This document shows, one piece after another, positions 12,417-23,406 of a stretch of 64,000 nucleotides of DNA. The translations under genes and the position numbers were made by a program. How positions within the stretch are numbered: the stretch's first letter is position 1; each line of letters opens with the position of its first letter. The notes under the pieces were generated by a model. That model ran no database searches. It was not told where the DNA came from and was given only the letters and a program-made list of their open reading frames with translations. The DNA comes from Squalus acanthias (lineage: Eukaryota): contig CM059425.1 in the NCBI GenBank assembly GCA_030390025.1, forward strand, positions 162,814,001 to 162,878,000, written 5' to 3'.

Positions 12417-14188
12417 CTAAATATTAATATTTTACTGATGGAGAAATGATATCCTAACACCTGCTGTATCATTTTGTGGTCATTATGCTGGTATTGCACT
12501 AGATTATAATGACATCCATACATAACGGGCATCCAGGCTTCCTAGTCACACAGCTGCAAATAGGCAGTAAGTTTAAGAGGCCGAGTAACAATATTCATTC
12601 AGCAGCTTTAAGGCCACTTCTATCCTGATTTCCTTCATTTCTGTTGTTTTTTTCCCTGTTTTTGTGAACTTTTGTGATAACTGGTTTGCTGGTTTTTTTT
12701 AATTCCAGCTCCATTATTGCCACTGATGAGATTACCAGTGGGAATCCTCCATCTCAGTATCTTGGTGGGGGGAAAAAAATGAAGGACCAATGGAGCAATG
12801 TTAGGCAGGCCAGGCTGCATCAGAGATGTGCTTTCTCATTTACTGTGTAGAGTTCGCAATTATCGCGATTCAAATAACATGAGAGAAGCAGATTCAATTG
12901 ATCAGTTTTATTAAACGAAATGCTGTCCTGATAATAAAGGACACAGAAGCCTGTAAAATGGCCACCGCGCATCGTGGCAGAAGCTTCCAGAAATACAGTG
13001 GGCAGACAAGATGGCGTTGAATATACATTCAGTATGAGATTGGATCATACTCGGTAAACATTGATAAATACAGGATGCAACCTGTTTGCATTGCGAACAA
13101 TAGCAATGATATAAGTGCTGGAATCGTTTTCCTATGCACAGTAAGGATCATTGAACTGGGCAATCGAAGGCCCATCCAGACACATCAATACACAAATACC
13201 CCACCGGCTCAACAATGAGAGAGACATTGGCGGGTGATTAAGCAAGTATTCGGGGGGCCCCAAAACCAGTCGAGGAGACGATTCATACACATCCTGGCTG
13301 GCTCTACAATGGGGAAAACATTAACGGATAGTTGGCCAGTTTCAGGTGCTACCGAAACCCGTTAAGAAGATAATCGCCCCATGCTGGGAGTTTTAAGCGC
13401 CAAAATCACACAAAGGAAAAACATTTAGATTTGAGCGGGAGATAAAGCGGACACAACAGTATAACTATAGAGGACAAATGTCCATCGCTCTCTTATTCTC
13501 TTGACTCGGGCTGAACTCTCTTATTATTCTCTGATTCTCTGGATTCGCTTGCTGAAGCTCCTTTCCTTGGTGCTGAACTTTTGATCGTTTGATTCTCTGG
13601 ACTCTGTTGACTCTTGACTCTTAGCCATACTGGTCGGTTATCCGAGTGTTGGGTGGAGCTCAATCGGAACGAGCCGCCTCGACAAGGGCAAGTAACAGGG
13701 CACACCATCCCGAGTGTCGGTAAACGGTGTCTGGACCCAGAGGCCCGAGAAGACGAGAAGAGAAGAAGACGAGAAGAAATTCCACGTGCCGCCACGGTCA
13801 GTAAACCCCGACCGCGCCCGTAAATATGACTAAAAGAACTCTCCTTTGAGTTCTACCGACTTCTACATGTACCGCAACACAGGAAGACCCTTCTTTGAAT
13901 TCTAAGACGGTTTGAGTCCATCGACTGCTTCATGACAACAGAGAGTCTGGCCTGCTTGTCGCAGCAGCAAAAGTAAACAAGTGGGGTGCAGAAACCCTTC
14001 CAAACACATGACAGTCAGGCGCTGCAGCGAAACGAGCTGAGTGCCTCACTTTTAAAATCTCCGAAGTAAAACGAGTGGTGAGCATGATTTCCGATCCTAC
14101 AAATCCAGACGTAGTTTAGGTATTATCAAGGGAGGGTGAGTTTTAATAAGGTTAAGGTATAATGTGTTCCCCTTTTTACGATGTGCCG

Positions 14189-14405
14189 TGTGACGTAAAA
14201 AAGACTCACTACGCACTTGAACATAAAGCAAGGCTTTAATCAACTTGTAACAAAACATGGAGGTCTAGTTAGCAGTCACTAGCTTCCTGTTTCCAGATTG
14301 TCTCTGCCCAAGGTGGGCCCATGCCTGAGTATTTATACTCCCTGGACGGCGCCCCAGCTGGCCGCCCAGTAGTACTTCCTGAGTTGTTACTTGCGATTTA
14401 TGACA
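14189..14405 (-). repeat. 3' LTR of the Gypsy element (217 bp)
   Basis: TGTCA...TCACA termini on -, directly after the PPT. TATAAAT at 14331-14337 and ATTAAA at 14235-14240. Confidence 0.8.
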
Positions 14406-14443
14406 TTCTTCCTCCCTAAAAGGTTTGGAAGTCCAGTCTTCCT

Positions 14444-17400
14444 TTAACGGACTAGGCGGACCAGAAATAGCCGCAGACGTTTAGCTCTCTGCTTGTGACT
14501 GGAAGGCACGTCTCCCCGGACTGTGTCCTGGTCCCTGGGTCGCTTGGCCCGTACCGGTAAGTCAGTGGAGTCCGCGTCATCTTGATCATCCTGTGGAGGA
14601 CTGGGAATATCATGACTCCGGGTGCGGGTCCCCACAGGTGCTGAGCTGGCCTCATCCCGGGTCGTGGCTGGAGATTGTCCGGCATCCTGGTTTCGGGTGG
14701 CCATCCTACGGGGAGCGTCCAGCTCCCTGAGTTGATCCGGTAGCGTTGCCGGCAGATCCCCCGATGTCCCAGGCGGGGCGTCATTTTCATAGGGGTGCGG
14801 AGTGTTGATATCATTGTCGGGGGATCCTTCATCATTCGGGCCCGTGTGACCGGTTGGGCAGGGAGCCAGATCTCGGAGCGAGACGGTGGTCTCCCGGCCA
14901 TCAGGGTACCGTACGTGCGCATACGTGGGGTTTACCTCCGTTAACTCCACCTCGTCAACGAGAGGGTCGTTTTTAGCAGACCGGACGAACCTCCGGAGTA
15001 GTACCGGGCCTGGAGCCACCAACCATGACGGTAGAGACGTCCCATGTGTAGAGCGACGCCGGAATTTGAAGAATCGCTCATGAGGCGTGACATTAGTAGA
15101 TGTGGAGAGAAGAGACCTGATAGAGTGTAACGCGTCGGGGAGCACCGTTTCCCACTGCTGGTCCGGCAGGTTGCGTGACCTTAGTGCCAGACCGACAGCG
15201 TTCCAGATGATGGCATTGTATCGTTCAACCTGTCCGTTACCGATTGGGTGATATGGTGTCGTCCTACTTGAGGCGATTCCCCGTTGGGAGAGATAACTTT
15301 TAAGTTCACTCGACATAAAGGAGGGACCCCGATCAGTGTGGATAAAATTGGCCGTCCCGCAAAGGGAAAAGACCTGATCGAGGCATTTAATTACCGTAGA
15401 GGTAAGCATATTAGGGCAGGGGAAGGCGAAGGGAAAGCGTGAATACTCGTCCACCATCGTAAGTAGGTAGGTGTTCCTTGTCGACGAAGGCAATGGCCCT
15501 TTAAAGTCTATGCTGAGCCTCTGCATAGGCTGCATTGCATGTATGAGTAAGCCATCTGATGGGCGAAAGAATTGTGGTTTCAATTCTGCACAAATCCTAC
15601 AGGAGGAGCATGTTTTCTTTACGTCCTCGGTTGAAAATGGTAGATTTTTGGAGCGCACAAAGTGCAACATGCGGGTCACACCAGGATGGCATAAGTCCAT
15701 ATGCAAATCCGCCAGAGTCGACGTTGACATTGAGGAGCAAAATGCCCGTGTGAAGGTATCTGGGGCCACGTTCTGTTTGCCGGGTCGGTAACAGATAGTA
15801 TATCCAAAGGCAGCCAGCTCCATCCTCCAGAGTTGAATTTTATTATTTTTGATTTTCGTGCGCCTCCGGTTATCCAACATGAAGGCCACAGAGCGCTGGT
15901 CAGTTATAAGCGTAAACTGACGCCGAGCAAGAAAATGACCCCATTGGCGTACAGCCTCGATGATGGCCGTAGCCTCCTTCTCGACGGGGGTGTAATGGAG
16001 CTCGCTACCCTGCAAGGTTCTGGATAGGAATGCCACGGGTCGGCCACCTTGATTCAAGGTAGCGGAGATCGCCACCTCCGATGCATCGCATTCGACCACA
16101 AAAGGAAGATTTTCGTCAATGGAGCGAAGCGTGGCTTTCTCCAGCTGTCGTTTGAGGAGGTTGAAGGCAGAAATAGCCGTAGCTTCCAATGGAAAAGACT
16201 TCGCATGGAGCAGGGGCTGTATTTTATCGGAGAAGTGTGGTATCCATTTTGCGTAATAAGCAAACATGCCAAGTGCCCGACGAAGAGAGCCGAGGTTCAT
16301 CGGGGGAGGGAGCTCCTGAAGTGGACGAAGTCGCTCTGGGTCCGGTTTAATAACACCGTTGCCCACCCAGTAGCCAAGAATGTTCACTGATGGCACCGAC
16401 TTCACCGATTTGGATTCGTTTAACGTTAAGTGGCGACGGCGGAGTACGTCAAAAAATCTCTGAAGATTGGCGTCATGCTCCTTTTGATCATGGCCGGCAA
16501 TAGTGATATTGTCTAAATACGGAAAGGTATTCATCAAGTTCTCTTGCCGGACTAGGCCATCCATGGCCCGTTGGAAGACGGCCACCCCATTGGTGACCCC
16601 GAATGGAAGGCGGCGAAACTGGAAAAGCCGACCATTGGCCTCAAAGGCCATATACTTCTTGTCGGAGTCTTGCAGTGGCACCTGATGGTACGCGCTTTTT
16701 AAATCGAAGGTCGAGAATACCTTGTATTTGGCAAGGTTGTTGACCATGTCATCTATGCGTGGCAGCGGGTAGGCATCCAGATCGGTATATAGATTAATAG
16801 TCTGCGAATAATCGATACACAGACGTTTTTTATGTTGTTTTAAGGGATTCCTCACGATGACGACCTGAGCCCGCCAGGGAGATGAACATGGCTCGATAAT
16901 ACCGTCGACTAAAAGGCAAGAGATTTCCGCCTCAATAAACGCTCGATCATCTTGGCTAAAGTGCCGCGATTTGGTGGCTATGGGTTTACAGCAGGGGGGA
17001 AGATTGGCAAACAGGGAGGGTTCACCGAGTAAGGCCGCCGAGAGTGCACAAAACGGCACCTTAGAAATGGTAAGCTCCGGCCTTGACCCTCCAAACTCAA
17101 AAGTGATCTTCTTGTGCTGCTTCTGGAAGTCCTGTCCCAGAAGCACATCGCTGCATAAGTTTGCGACTACTCCGAGCCGGGTGGAGAGATACGTGCGGCC
17201 GTTGAGGATGAGGTTGACCAGACAGAAGCCAGAAGAATTGGTGGTCAGAGTCGTCAGAGCCATTACAAGCTCCCTGTCCGAGGGATAAATGTGCAGTTTT
17301 AACCTGTTGACAGCCCGCTTACTAATGAAGCTGTCAGAGCTGCAGGAGTCGATTAGCGCGCTTAGAGTGTGCCCATTTACTGAAACCTTCGTGGCTGCAT

Positions 17401-18247
17401 GGGACAAACTTTGGGGAAAAACAGCCGTGATGGGAGGAGGGGCAATTTTCCCTTCGGCAACTGTAGCCTTAACAGTAGTTCTTGGGGGAGGAGCAGCTCC
17501 ATAGATAGCAGCTGTGAAGCTAACAGGAGCTCTCGACCGGTATACTTTAGAGGAGCGGCCTTTCTTGTTAGCAAAGGCCCGTGACTGGCATACCTTGGAA
17601 AAGTGTCCTTTCTTGCTGCAATGATTGCAGGTCACATTACGAGCCGGGCAAAATTTTCTGTGATGGCACGCCCCTCCACAAAAGAAACACTTTCTTCCTG
17701 ATTGCCAGGATGCTGCTAGGGCGGGGTCGTCATCAGCGAAGGCCTCTAGGGTAGGGTCGTCGTCTGTTAGAGTAGAGTCAACATCAGTGGGGGCATCCGC
17801 CCGAGACCTACCGAAAGACTCATTAAAGGAGATAGCCGCCGCCCATGCACGTGGTGGGAGATAAGTGTCTGCATTTTTCTTGGCCAAGTCCAAGGAACAC
17901 GCCTGGTCATAAGCAGCCCGTAAATTGAGGGTTTTATTTTCCAGCAGGCGCTGACGTATAAAAGGGGACACGATTCCATTGATAAAGGAATCGCGGATTA
18001 GTTCCTCTTGATACTGTTCAGCTGAAACTGCTTTAAGGTTACAATCCTTGCTGAGCCTGCGAAGTTTCTGGAGAAATTCATCGAGTGATTCCCCAGGCTG
18101 CTGCCGAGTTGTGGCCAGTAGGTGTTGAGCAAAGATTTCATTTGGGGACTTGACATATAGCTGCTGTAAGATTTCGATAGCAGTGTCATAGTCTATACAG
18201 TCCTTAATATAATCATACACATGAGGAGACACGTAGTTGATAAGCAT
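14444..18247 (-). CDS. Gypsy Gag-Pol polyprotein (gag with 2 CCHC knuckles, PR, RT, RNase H, IN)
   Basis: 1267-aa uninterrupted ORF. CFFCGGACHHRKFC and CNHCSKKGHFSKVC; LIDSCS; FDLKSAYHQ, LPFG, YLDN; CDAS, KEA, TDQ; HHCC with SIDFKG, TDRG and QVERYN. Confidence 0.95.
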   Translation of the reverse strand: MLINYVSPHVYDYIKDCIDYDTAIEILQQLYVKSPNEIFAQHLLATTRQQPGESLDEFLQKLRRLSKDCNLKAVSAEQYQEELIRDSFINGIVSPFIRQRLLENKTLNLRAAYDQACSLDLAKKNADTYLPPRAWAAAISFNESFGRSRADAPTDVDSTLTDDDPTLEAFADDDPALAASWQSGRKCFFCGGACHHRKFCPARNVTCNHCSKKGHFSKVCQSRAFANKKGRSSKVYRSRAPVSFTAAIYGAAPPPRTTVKATVAEGKIAPPPITAVFPQSLSHAATKVSVNGHTLSALIDSCSSDSFISKRAVNRLKLHIYPSDRELVMALTTLTTNSSGFCLVNLILNGRTYLSTRLGVVANLCSDVLLGQDFQKQHKKITFEFGGSRPELTISKVPFCALSAALLGEPSLFANLPPCCKPIATKSRHFSQDDRAFIEAEISCLLVDGIIEPCSSPWRAQVVIVRNPLKQHKKRLCIDYSQTINLYTDLDAYPLPRIDDMVNNLAKYKVFSTFDLKSAYHQVPLQDSDKKYMAFEANGRLFQFRRLPFGVTNGVAVFQRAMDGLVRQENLMNTFPYLDNITIAGHDQKEHDANLQRFFDVLRRRHLTLNESKSVKSVPSVNILGYWVGNGVIKPDPERLRPLQELPPPMNLGSLRRALGMFAYYAKWIPHFSDKIQPLLHAKSFPLEATAISAFNLLKRQLEKATLRSIDENLPFVVECDASEVAISATLNQGGRPVAFLSRTLQGSELHYTPVEKEATAIIEAVRQWGHFLARRQFTLITDQRSVAFMLDNRRRTKIKNNKIQLWRMELAAFGYTICYRPGKQNVAPDTFTRAFCSSMSTSTLADLHMDLCHPGVTRMLHFVRSKNLPFSTEDVKKTCSSCRICAELKPQFFRPSDGLLIHAMQPMQRLSIDFKGPLPSSTRNTYLLTMVDEYSRFPFAFPCPNMLTSTVIKCLDQVFSLCGTANFIHTDRGPSFMSSELKSYLSQRGIASSRTTPYHPIGNGQVERYNAIIWNAVGLALRSRNLPDQQWETVLPDALHSIRSLLSTSTNVTPHERFFKFRRRSTHGTSLPSWLVAPGPVLLRRFVRSAKNDPLVDEVELTEVNPTYAHVRYPDGRETTVSLRDLAPCPTGHTGPNDEGSPDNDINTPHPYENDAPPGTSGDLPATLPDQLRELDAPRRMATRNQDAGQSPATTRDEASSAPVGTRTRSHDIPSPPQDDQDDADSTDLPVRAKRPRDQDTVRGDVPSSHKQRAKRLRLFLVRLVR

Positions 18248-19054
18248 TCGTAACTTATTAGGGACATCCGCCCCACATTCTTCAAGAAAGTTGCTAAAGG
18301 TACGAAACCAATGCTTCCATACCTTTGCTGCCGCAGGTGCGTGTGTTCTCCATTTCCATAGACCAAGCTTTATGAATATGTGTATACTTGTACTCTCGTT
18401 GATTTGCGCCTATGACATGTATTTCATGATTTTAGACGCCATGCAATAAAGATTTTCATTTTGTGCTATTCAACCGGGTCTATTTGAGTTTTCTCTGCAT
18501 TACTGCTCCTTGCATCTAAGTCCAGGTGTCAGAACCGTAAGGGCGAGTGGGTCGAACCACTCACAGGTGCTTATTGCAAAAAGGCTGGCCGGAGACCAGA
18601 GCAAGCAATAGTATAGGCAACGAAGGCCTAACCTCGCACTAGCACCGGTTTGAAACCCCTTACAACTGCTACCGGCCGCCCACATATACAGACAGAAGTG
18701 AAGATACCTCACATTGGCAGAGGATTACTGAATGCAGAGGCTCCTACTACCAAAGGAAGCTGAGACGGCAACAAGATAATATAAATAAGATAAGTGAATG
18801 CCTGACAGACTATAATGCTGGATGTTTCCTTGGAAGCACTCCAATCACAGGATGCCATGCTTTTAATGATATTGCTTGGAAAAAACGGCATGCCAGGGAG
18901 CTTAACAGCCAGCACAGCCTGCTTGACCACTCTTGCCAAGATACCATAAACTTTAAACCAGCCAGCGTTCCCACTCTTGATTGTTACTGAATGATTTTGC
19001 TAACAATCGGGCACGTCTGGTCAAGTTAATGTTTGCACACTCAGACTCAACGGA

Positions 19055-19160
19055 CTGTCAAAATTTTGTTTGATAATGCTCCTGTGAAGCGCCTTGGGAC
19101 GTTTTTGCTATGTTAAAGGTGCAATATAAATGCAAGTTGTTGTTGTTGTTGTTGTTGTTG
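19055..19160 (+). mobile_element. L2-type LINE/SINE 3' tail ending in (GTT)n
   Basis: ctgtgaagcgccttggg...tataaatgcaagttgttg. Similar tails at about 37095-37160 and 42460-42550. Confidence 0.65.
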
Positions 19161-19227
19161 TGATGGCTCCCACACTCCAATAGCCTATTAAAGTAACATG
19201 TGAAAAATAGCTATTTTGGTGACATAC

Positions 19228-19276
19228 CAGAAAGTGCCTGATGGCTGTGAATCTGTACTCCAGCACAAGCCAGCAC
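19228..19276 (-). CDS. Candidate host-gene exon (VLACAGVQIHSHQALS)
   Basis: Long polypyrimidine tract ending in GAG (an uncommon acceptor), donor CTG|gtatgt. 49 nt, phase 0 to 1. Confidence 0.5.
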
Positions 19277-20683
19277 CTCCAGAAGAAGAAGACGAAAAAA
19301 TGGAAAGGATAAAAAGACATATCAAGTGCCGGACCTGTATGCCATTTTCTTTATAACTGTGACATGTATTTATAAAATCAGAAATTCGTCACAGGGAGTA
19401 CAACACTGGGCTTCAAACCAAATGGTTCTGAGTTTCTTACACAGCCTGCCACTGCAATCTTCCTACTGAGGTTAGAAATGAGCTTTGTCATAAACAGGCC
19501 ATAAGAAAAAGGTGCCTCAGGATGGCAGGGGTCTGGAAAAAAAGTTGTGCTTGGCTCACCCTGTCCATCAATCGGAATAGCACTGACCCACCCTAGCTGA
19601 GGGGCATATCCAGGAGTAGTATTTAATGAAATGCTTCATACTGCCGATTCTAAAAGTAACTTGAGAACAAAGAAGGCAGCAAAAAAAATGTTTCTCCTGA
19701 GAAATATCCCTTCAATAGATTTAACAATTCTAAACCTCATCACATTTTTTGAGCAATCATGGTTTATAGTGCAGTGTGTGTGGCACATTCTTAGAACAGG
19801 AACAATCTTTCCTTAAAAATGTCGCAGTAATTAGCAGAGGGTGAATGATTGATGACACTTAAGGTTCCCAACCCACCCGATTGTCCTGGAGCTTCCAGGA
19901 ATTAAAGATTCATCTCCTGGACGCTGCTGCTAGTAACCTTTTCTGCCAAGATACATCAGAGTTAAAAAGACAGGTTTACCCTCAGAAAATGATCCTGTTT
20001 GTTTTAATACATCATAAACAGGTCTGTGACAGGTATCCAAGGGTGGGGCCAAAACATTCAGTTGAAATATGAGGATCGTGTGAGTTTTGTTTAGAGAGAT
20101 GATGAAGCTACTGTAAATCTACAGTGTGTCATTGCTACAGTTCACTTATCCACTTGCCTTTTAATAAATCGGTTTGCCAGTTGATAGTCTAAAGCTCGAT
20201 TTAATAAGAGTGCTTATTCTTCTGCCTTCCAAAATTAAGTAAATCGTGTGAGGGTACCGAATATAACCAGTAAGTGGAAATACAGTGATGAAAGTTTTCT
20301 GTTTGACCCCCTGGGCTTGTTTCAAATGACCTAGATATTGAACAGGTAAAGACACTGGTTTGTATCTGGATCAAAACTACAAAAAAGTAACATCCCAATA
20401 ATAAAAACTATTGTATAGAGCTATTGGATATTATACTCGTACTTAATAATTTTATTTTATTTAATGCCGATAACATGCGCAATGATAATTAGGTAGCTTT
20501 CTCCATACAACTTATTCTAACTTAAGCTAATTTCTCATGACTATAATTATAAATCACCAGGGTACTAATTGTGTTTGTACTACTTATTGTGGTACCTACT
20601 TATTTTGTTAGCTGTGAGAGGTTTCACTGGAGGAAATTAATCTTACTTCATAGAAATGTCACAATGCCTTAATATCCAAACAG

Positions 20684-20815
20684 AGAATCATAGAATGATA
20701 CAGCACAGAAGGAAGCCATTCAGCCTATAATGCCTGTGCTGGCTCTTTGAAAGAGGTATCAAATTGGTCCCACTCCTCTGAGCTTTCCCCGCATCCCCGC
20801 AATTTTTTCCTTTTC
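20684..20815 (-). mobile_element. CR1 3' UTR fragment
   Basis: agaatcatagaatgatacagcacagaaggaagccattc matches the other CR1 tails in the window. Confidence 0.7.
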
Positions 20816-21007
20816 TGGCATAACCTTTTAGAAGCCATAAAAGTATCTGTAATTTGCATCAGTAATATATGACAACAACAAGCTACAGTGCGAGATGGTG
20901 TAGAGCTGCGACAAATTGGGAGCCTTAGTGAAAACATGTGGCAGTGATTTATTATTTCTTCAGTTGAAAGCTAACCAACAGTAAATGGCGTCACTTTTAA
21001 ACTCATA

Positions 21008-22954
21008 TGCTGTGAAATTCGGCTCGTTTGCGCTGGCCATTAAGGCCGGTTTGGATGAAAAAATGGCGATCGCCTCACTTCCACCCACTTCAGGCGCGGA
21101 ACGCGGGGGGGGGGGGGCATTTTGGGCAGGTTGTCAGCGCTGCCATTGCCTGCGCTCGCTCCAGATAAGGAAATGACTCAGATTGTGACATCAATCAGTG
21201 GGCAACGCCTAATTGATGTACGATCTGGTATTTTGGATGTCGCCACTCCTTTAGCGCCCTCTGCAAAGCACACACAAGGCAGAACCCCTACCAGCGCTTC
21301 TTAAAGGGACACATGCAACTTTCAGGTAAGTTTAGATTTTTGCTTTCTGTACTGGTTTCCTTACATTTTTATTAGTAGTGGCTTGGTGCAATACATTTAA
21401 AAAGTTGTTAAAGTGCGAAGGGAGTGCTGCTGGACAGTTTGCAAGGCTTTGGCTCTTAAAGGAAGGCCTCTGAGAACCCCACTTGCTCCCAGTCCTGGGG
21501 GCTCTAGTTGCAGTCCCCCTTGGGCTGCAGCACGACGTGGAGATGGAGCAGAGACAGCAAAGGGAACAAGCTGCTCACAGAGAGAGGAGAGGAGGAGAGG
21601 AAGAGGAAAAAACAGAAGAGGAAGAAGCAGAAGAGGAAAAAGTAGTAGAGGAGGCAGCAGAAGAGGAGGAAGCAGAAGGAAGGAGGCAACAAAGACAGCC
21701 TCTTTCTGGCCTGGATATCCGGGATTGAATCATCCGCCTGCAGTACCAGTGAACACAACCACAATTCCCCTTTCAACATTTGTCCCACACCTTACCTTCC
21801 CTCTGTTACTGACCATCACAGCGTCCTCTTGGCCACAATGCTGAAATAAAAGCCACCACAAAGCAAACTTGCCAATCCAACTTTATCCATATATGCATCC
21901 AATATTACACCAGAAAATCAACTAATCACCCTTGTGCATTCCCTTAGTGACTGTCTTGTGTGTGCCTTTGCCTATCCTACTGATGTCATGCAGTGCTACC
22001 CCAGTGGCTGCAGCATGGCTGGTGGAAGGCTGCTGACTTTCAGTGGGGGGACACTGCAGATGGCCTTGCAGGATGACCTCGAGGAGCTGGTGGCTGGGAG
22101 TGTGAAATCGAGTGACGGTGTTTCTTCTTCTTCTTCACTCTCCTCTCCCATTTCTTGGTCAACCACTGGCTAGGCAGGCTGGAGTTCTTGGTTGTCTGAA
22201 ATGAGGAAGCCACAAGGGTAGGGTTGTGGTGAGGGGAGGGGGGAAAGTAAGAGGTGCATGTTTAAACCGTGTGCAGCTTGTAAATCAGAAGAGATTGTGG
22301 GATGAGGGGGAAGTGGGATGTGAGAAGGAGGATAACGTATGAGGATACCGGCATCTTGTATTCTTTCAGCCATGCCACTGGCCAAGGACTCAGTCGTGCC
22401 CCTGCCAAGAATGGCCAGCTCCGTCTCCTCCAAGGGGGTGAGATGAAGCTAGGAATATGAGGTGTGTCTTGTGTTTGGTAGAGATTGTTGGTAGGTGAGT
22501 GATGGGGGTGGGGGTGCAGGGTGTCGCACATTGAGCAGTGTGTGAGGCTAGTGGTGCAATTGGTAGCAGATGGCTTTTGAAGCCTGTGGTTGGAGGATGT
22601 CTCTTCCAGTGTTCACCCCCTGCACAAAGCTCGAGTGCTGCGTCCGAGACCCTGAGTGCAGTGCCCTTTTCCTGGCCTGTTGAACCATTTGTGTTCGTGC
22701 TGAAGCACTTTTACCATTTACTGCCTTTAAGAGGCGAGGCTAGCTTTTAAGCTAGCCTCGCTCGAGTCTTGGGAACTTCAGACTCCTGCTGAGTGTACAG
22801 CCTGTCAGCAGCACCTTCAAGCTGTGCGCTGCAATCATTATAATTAGCAGGCAGCATGAAGTTGACGTGCTGCCTGTGCTCCTTGAACGGGCGTGAGCAT
22901 ATCACGCATCGCGGTGCCCGCACCCGTTTTTCAGTGGTATCGAATTTCACCCCC
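21008..22954. mobile_element. Non-autonomous Harbinger derivative (Myb/SANT remnant on -)
   Basis: Imperfect TIR ..GTGAAATTCG / CGAATTTCAC... Collinear with 30431-32488. Confidence 0.8.
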
Positions 22955-23406
22955 ACATTGTTTTTAGGTTTTATACGTATTCTAATTTTTAAATATTCCA
23001 CAGTACATAAAACAAGGACTCACAGAATCCCATGAACTTTTACTAACAATATATATTTTTCTTTTTAAAATAATGCCTTAGCGTGTAGTGAAACTCTGGC
23101 CTTTCAGCTTTGATTCCTGGTTTCTAATCAGGCCCAGACTGATGGAATCAAAGTCTCCTCTGTATGATGGCTGTAAGTGAAATTTGTTTGGGCACTCTTA
23201 AATTCAGTTCCCCATGGGAATGGACCTACAGTACAAATTTGCCATTAATTCAGAACAAATTGGCAAGAAATTAAATTCCGGGATTTGTGGACATAATCTA
23301 AACTGACACTTCAATGATATACTATGTTTGTGCTGCATTGTCAGAGATGCCGTTCTTTGAATGAAATGATAAACCAAGGCTCTGTCTGTCTGTCTACTCA
23401 CTTTCA

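Larger units (their letters stand above)
14189..18342 (-). mobile_element. Ty3/Gypsy LTR retrotransposon, 5'-truncated (no 5' LTR or PBS)
   Basis: Single gag-pol ORF, PPT AGGGAGGAAGAA (14406-14417) and 3' LTR 14189-14405. Gag sequence breaks off at about 18342 (APAAAKVWKHW). Confidence 0.93.
12846..18664 (+). mobile_element. Long solo LTR (~1.67 kb net; ERV or Gypsy type), interrupted by a Gypsy element
   Basis: Starts TGTA (12846), ends TACA (18664), 4-bp TSD ACTG (12842-12845 and 18665-18668). AATAAA at about 18445 suggests + orientation. CpG-rich. Confidence 0.75.

Noticed and set aside
14452..18449. Overlapping and antisense small ORFs in the Gypsy element (possible env or accessory genes)
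   Set aside because: No signal peptide, transmembrane segment or recognisable motif; these are expected shadows of a long ORF.
21413..21844. Arg-rich and Glu-rich ORFs
   Set aside because: Low-complexity remnant of the Harbinger transposase acidic tail within a non-autonomous element.
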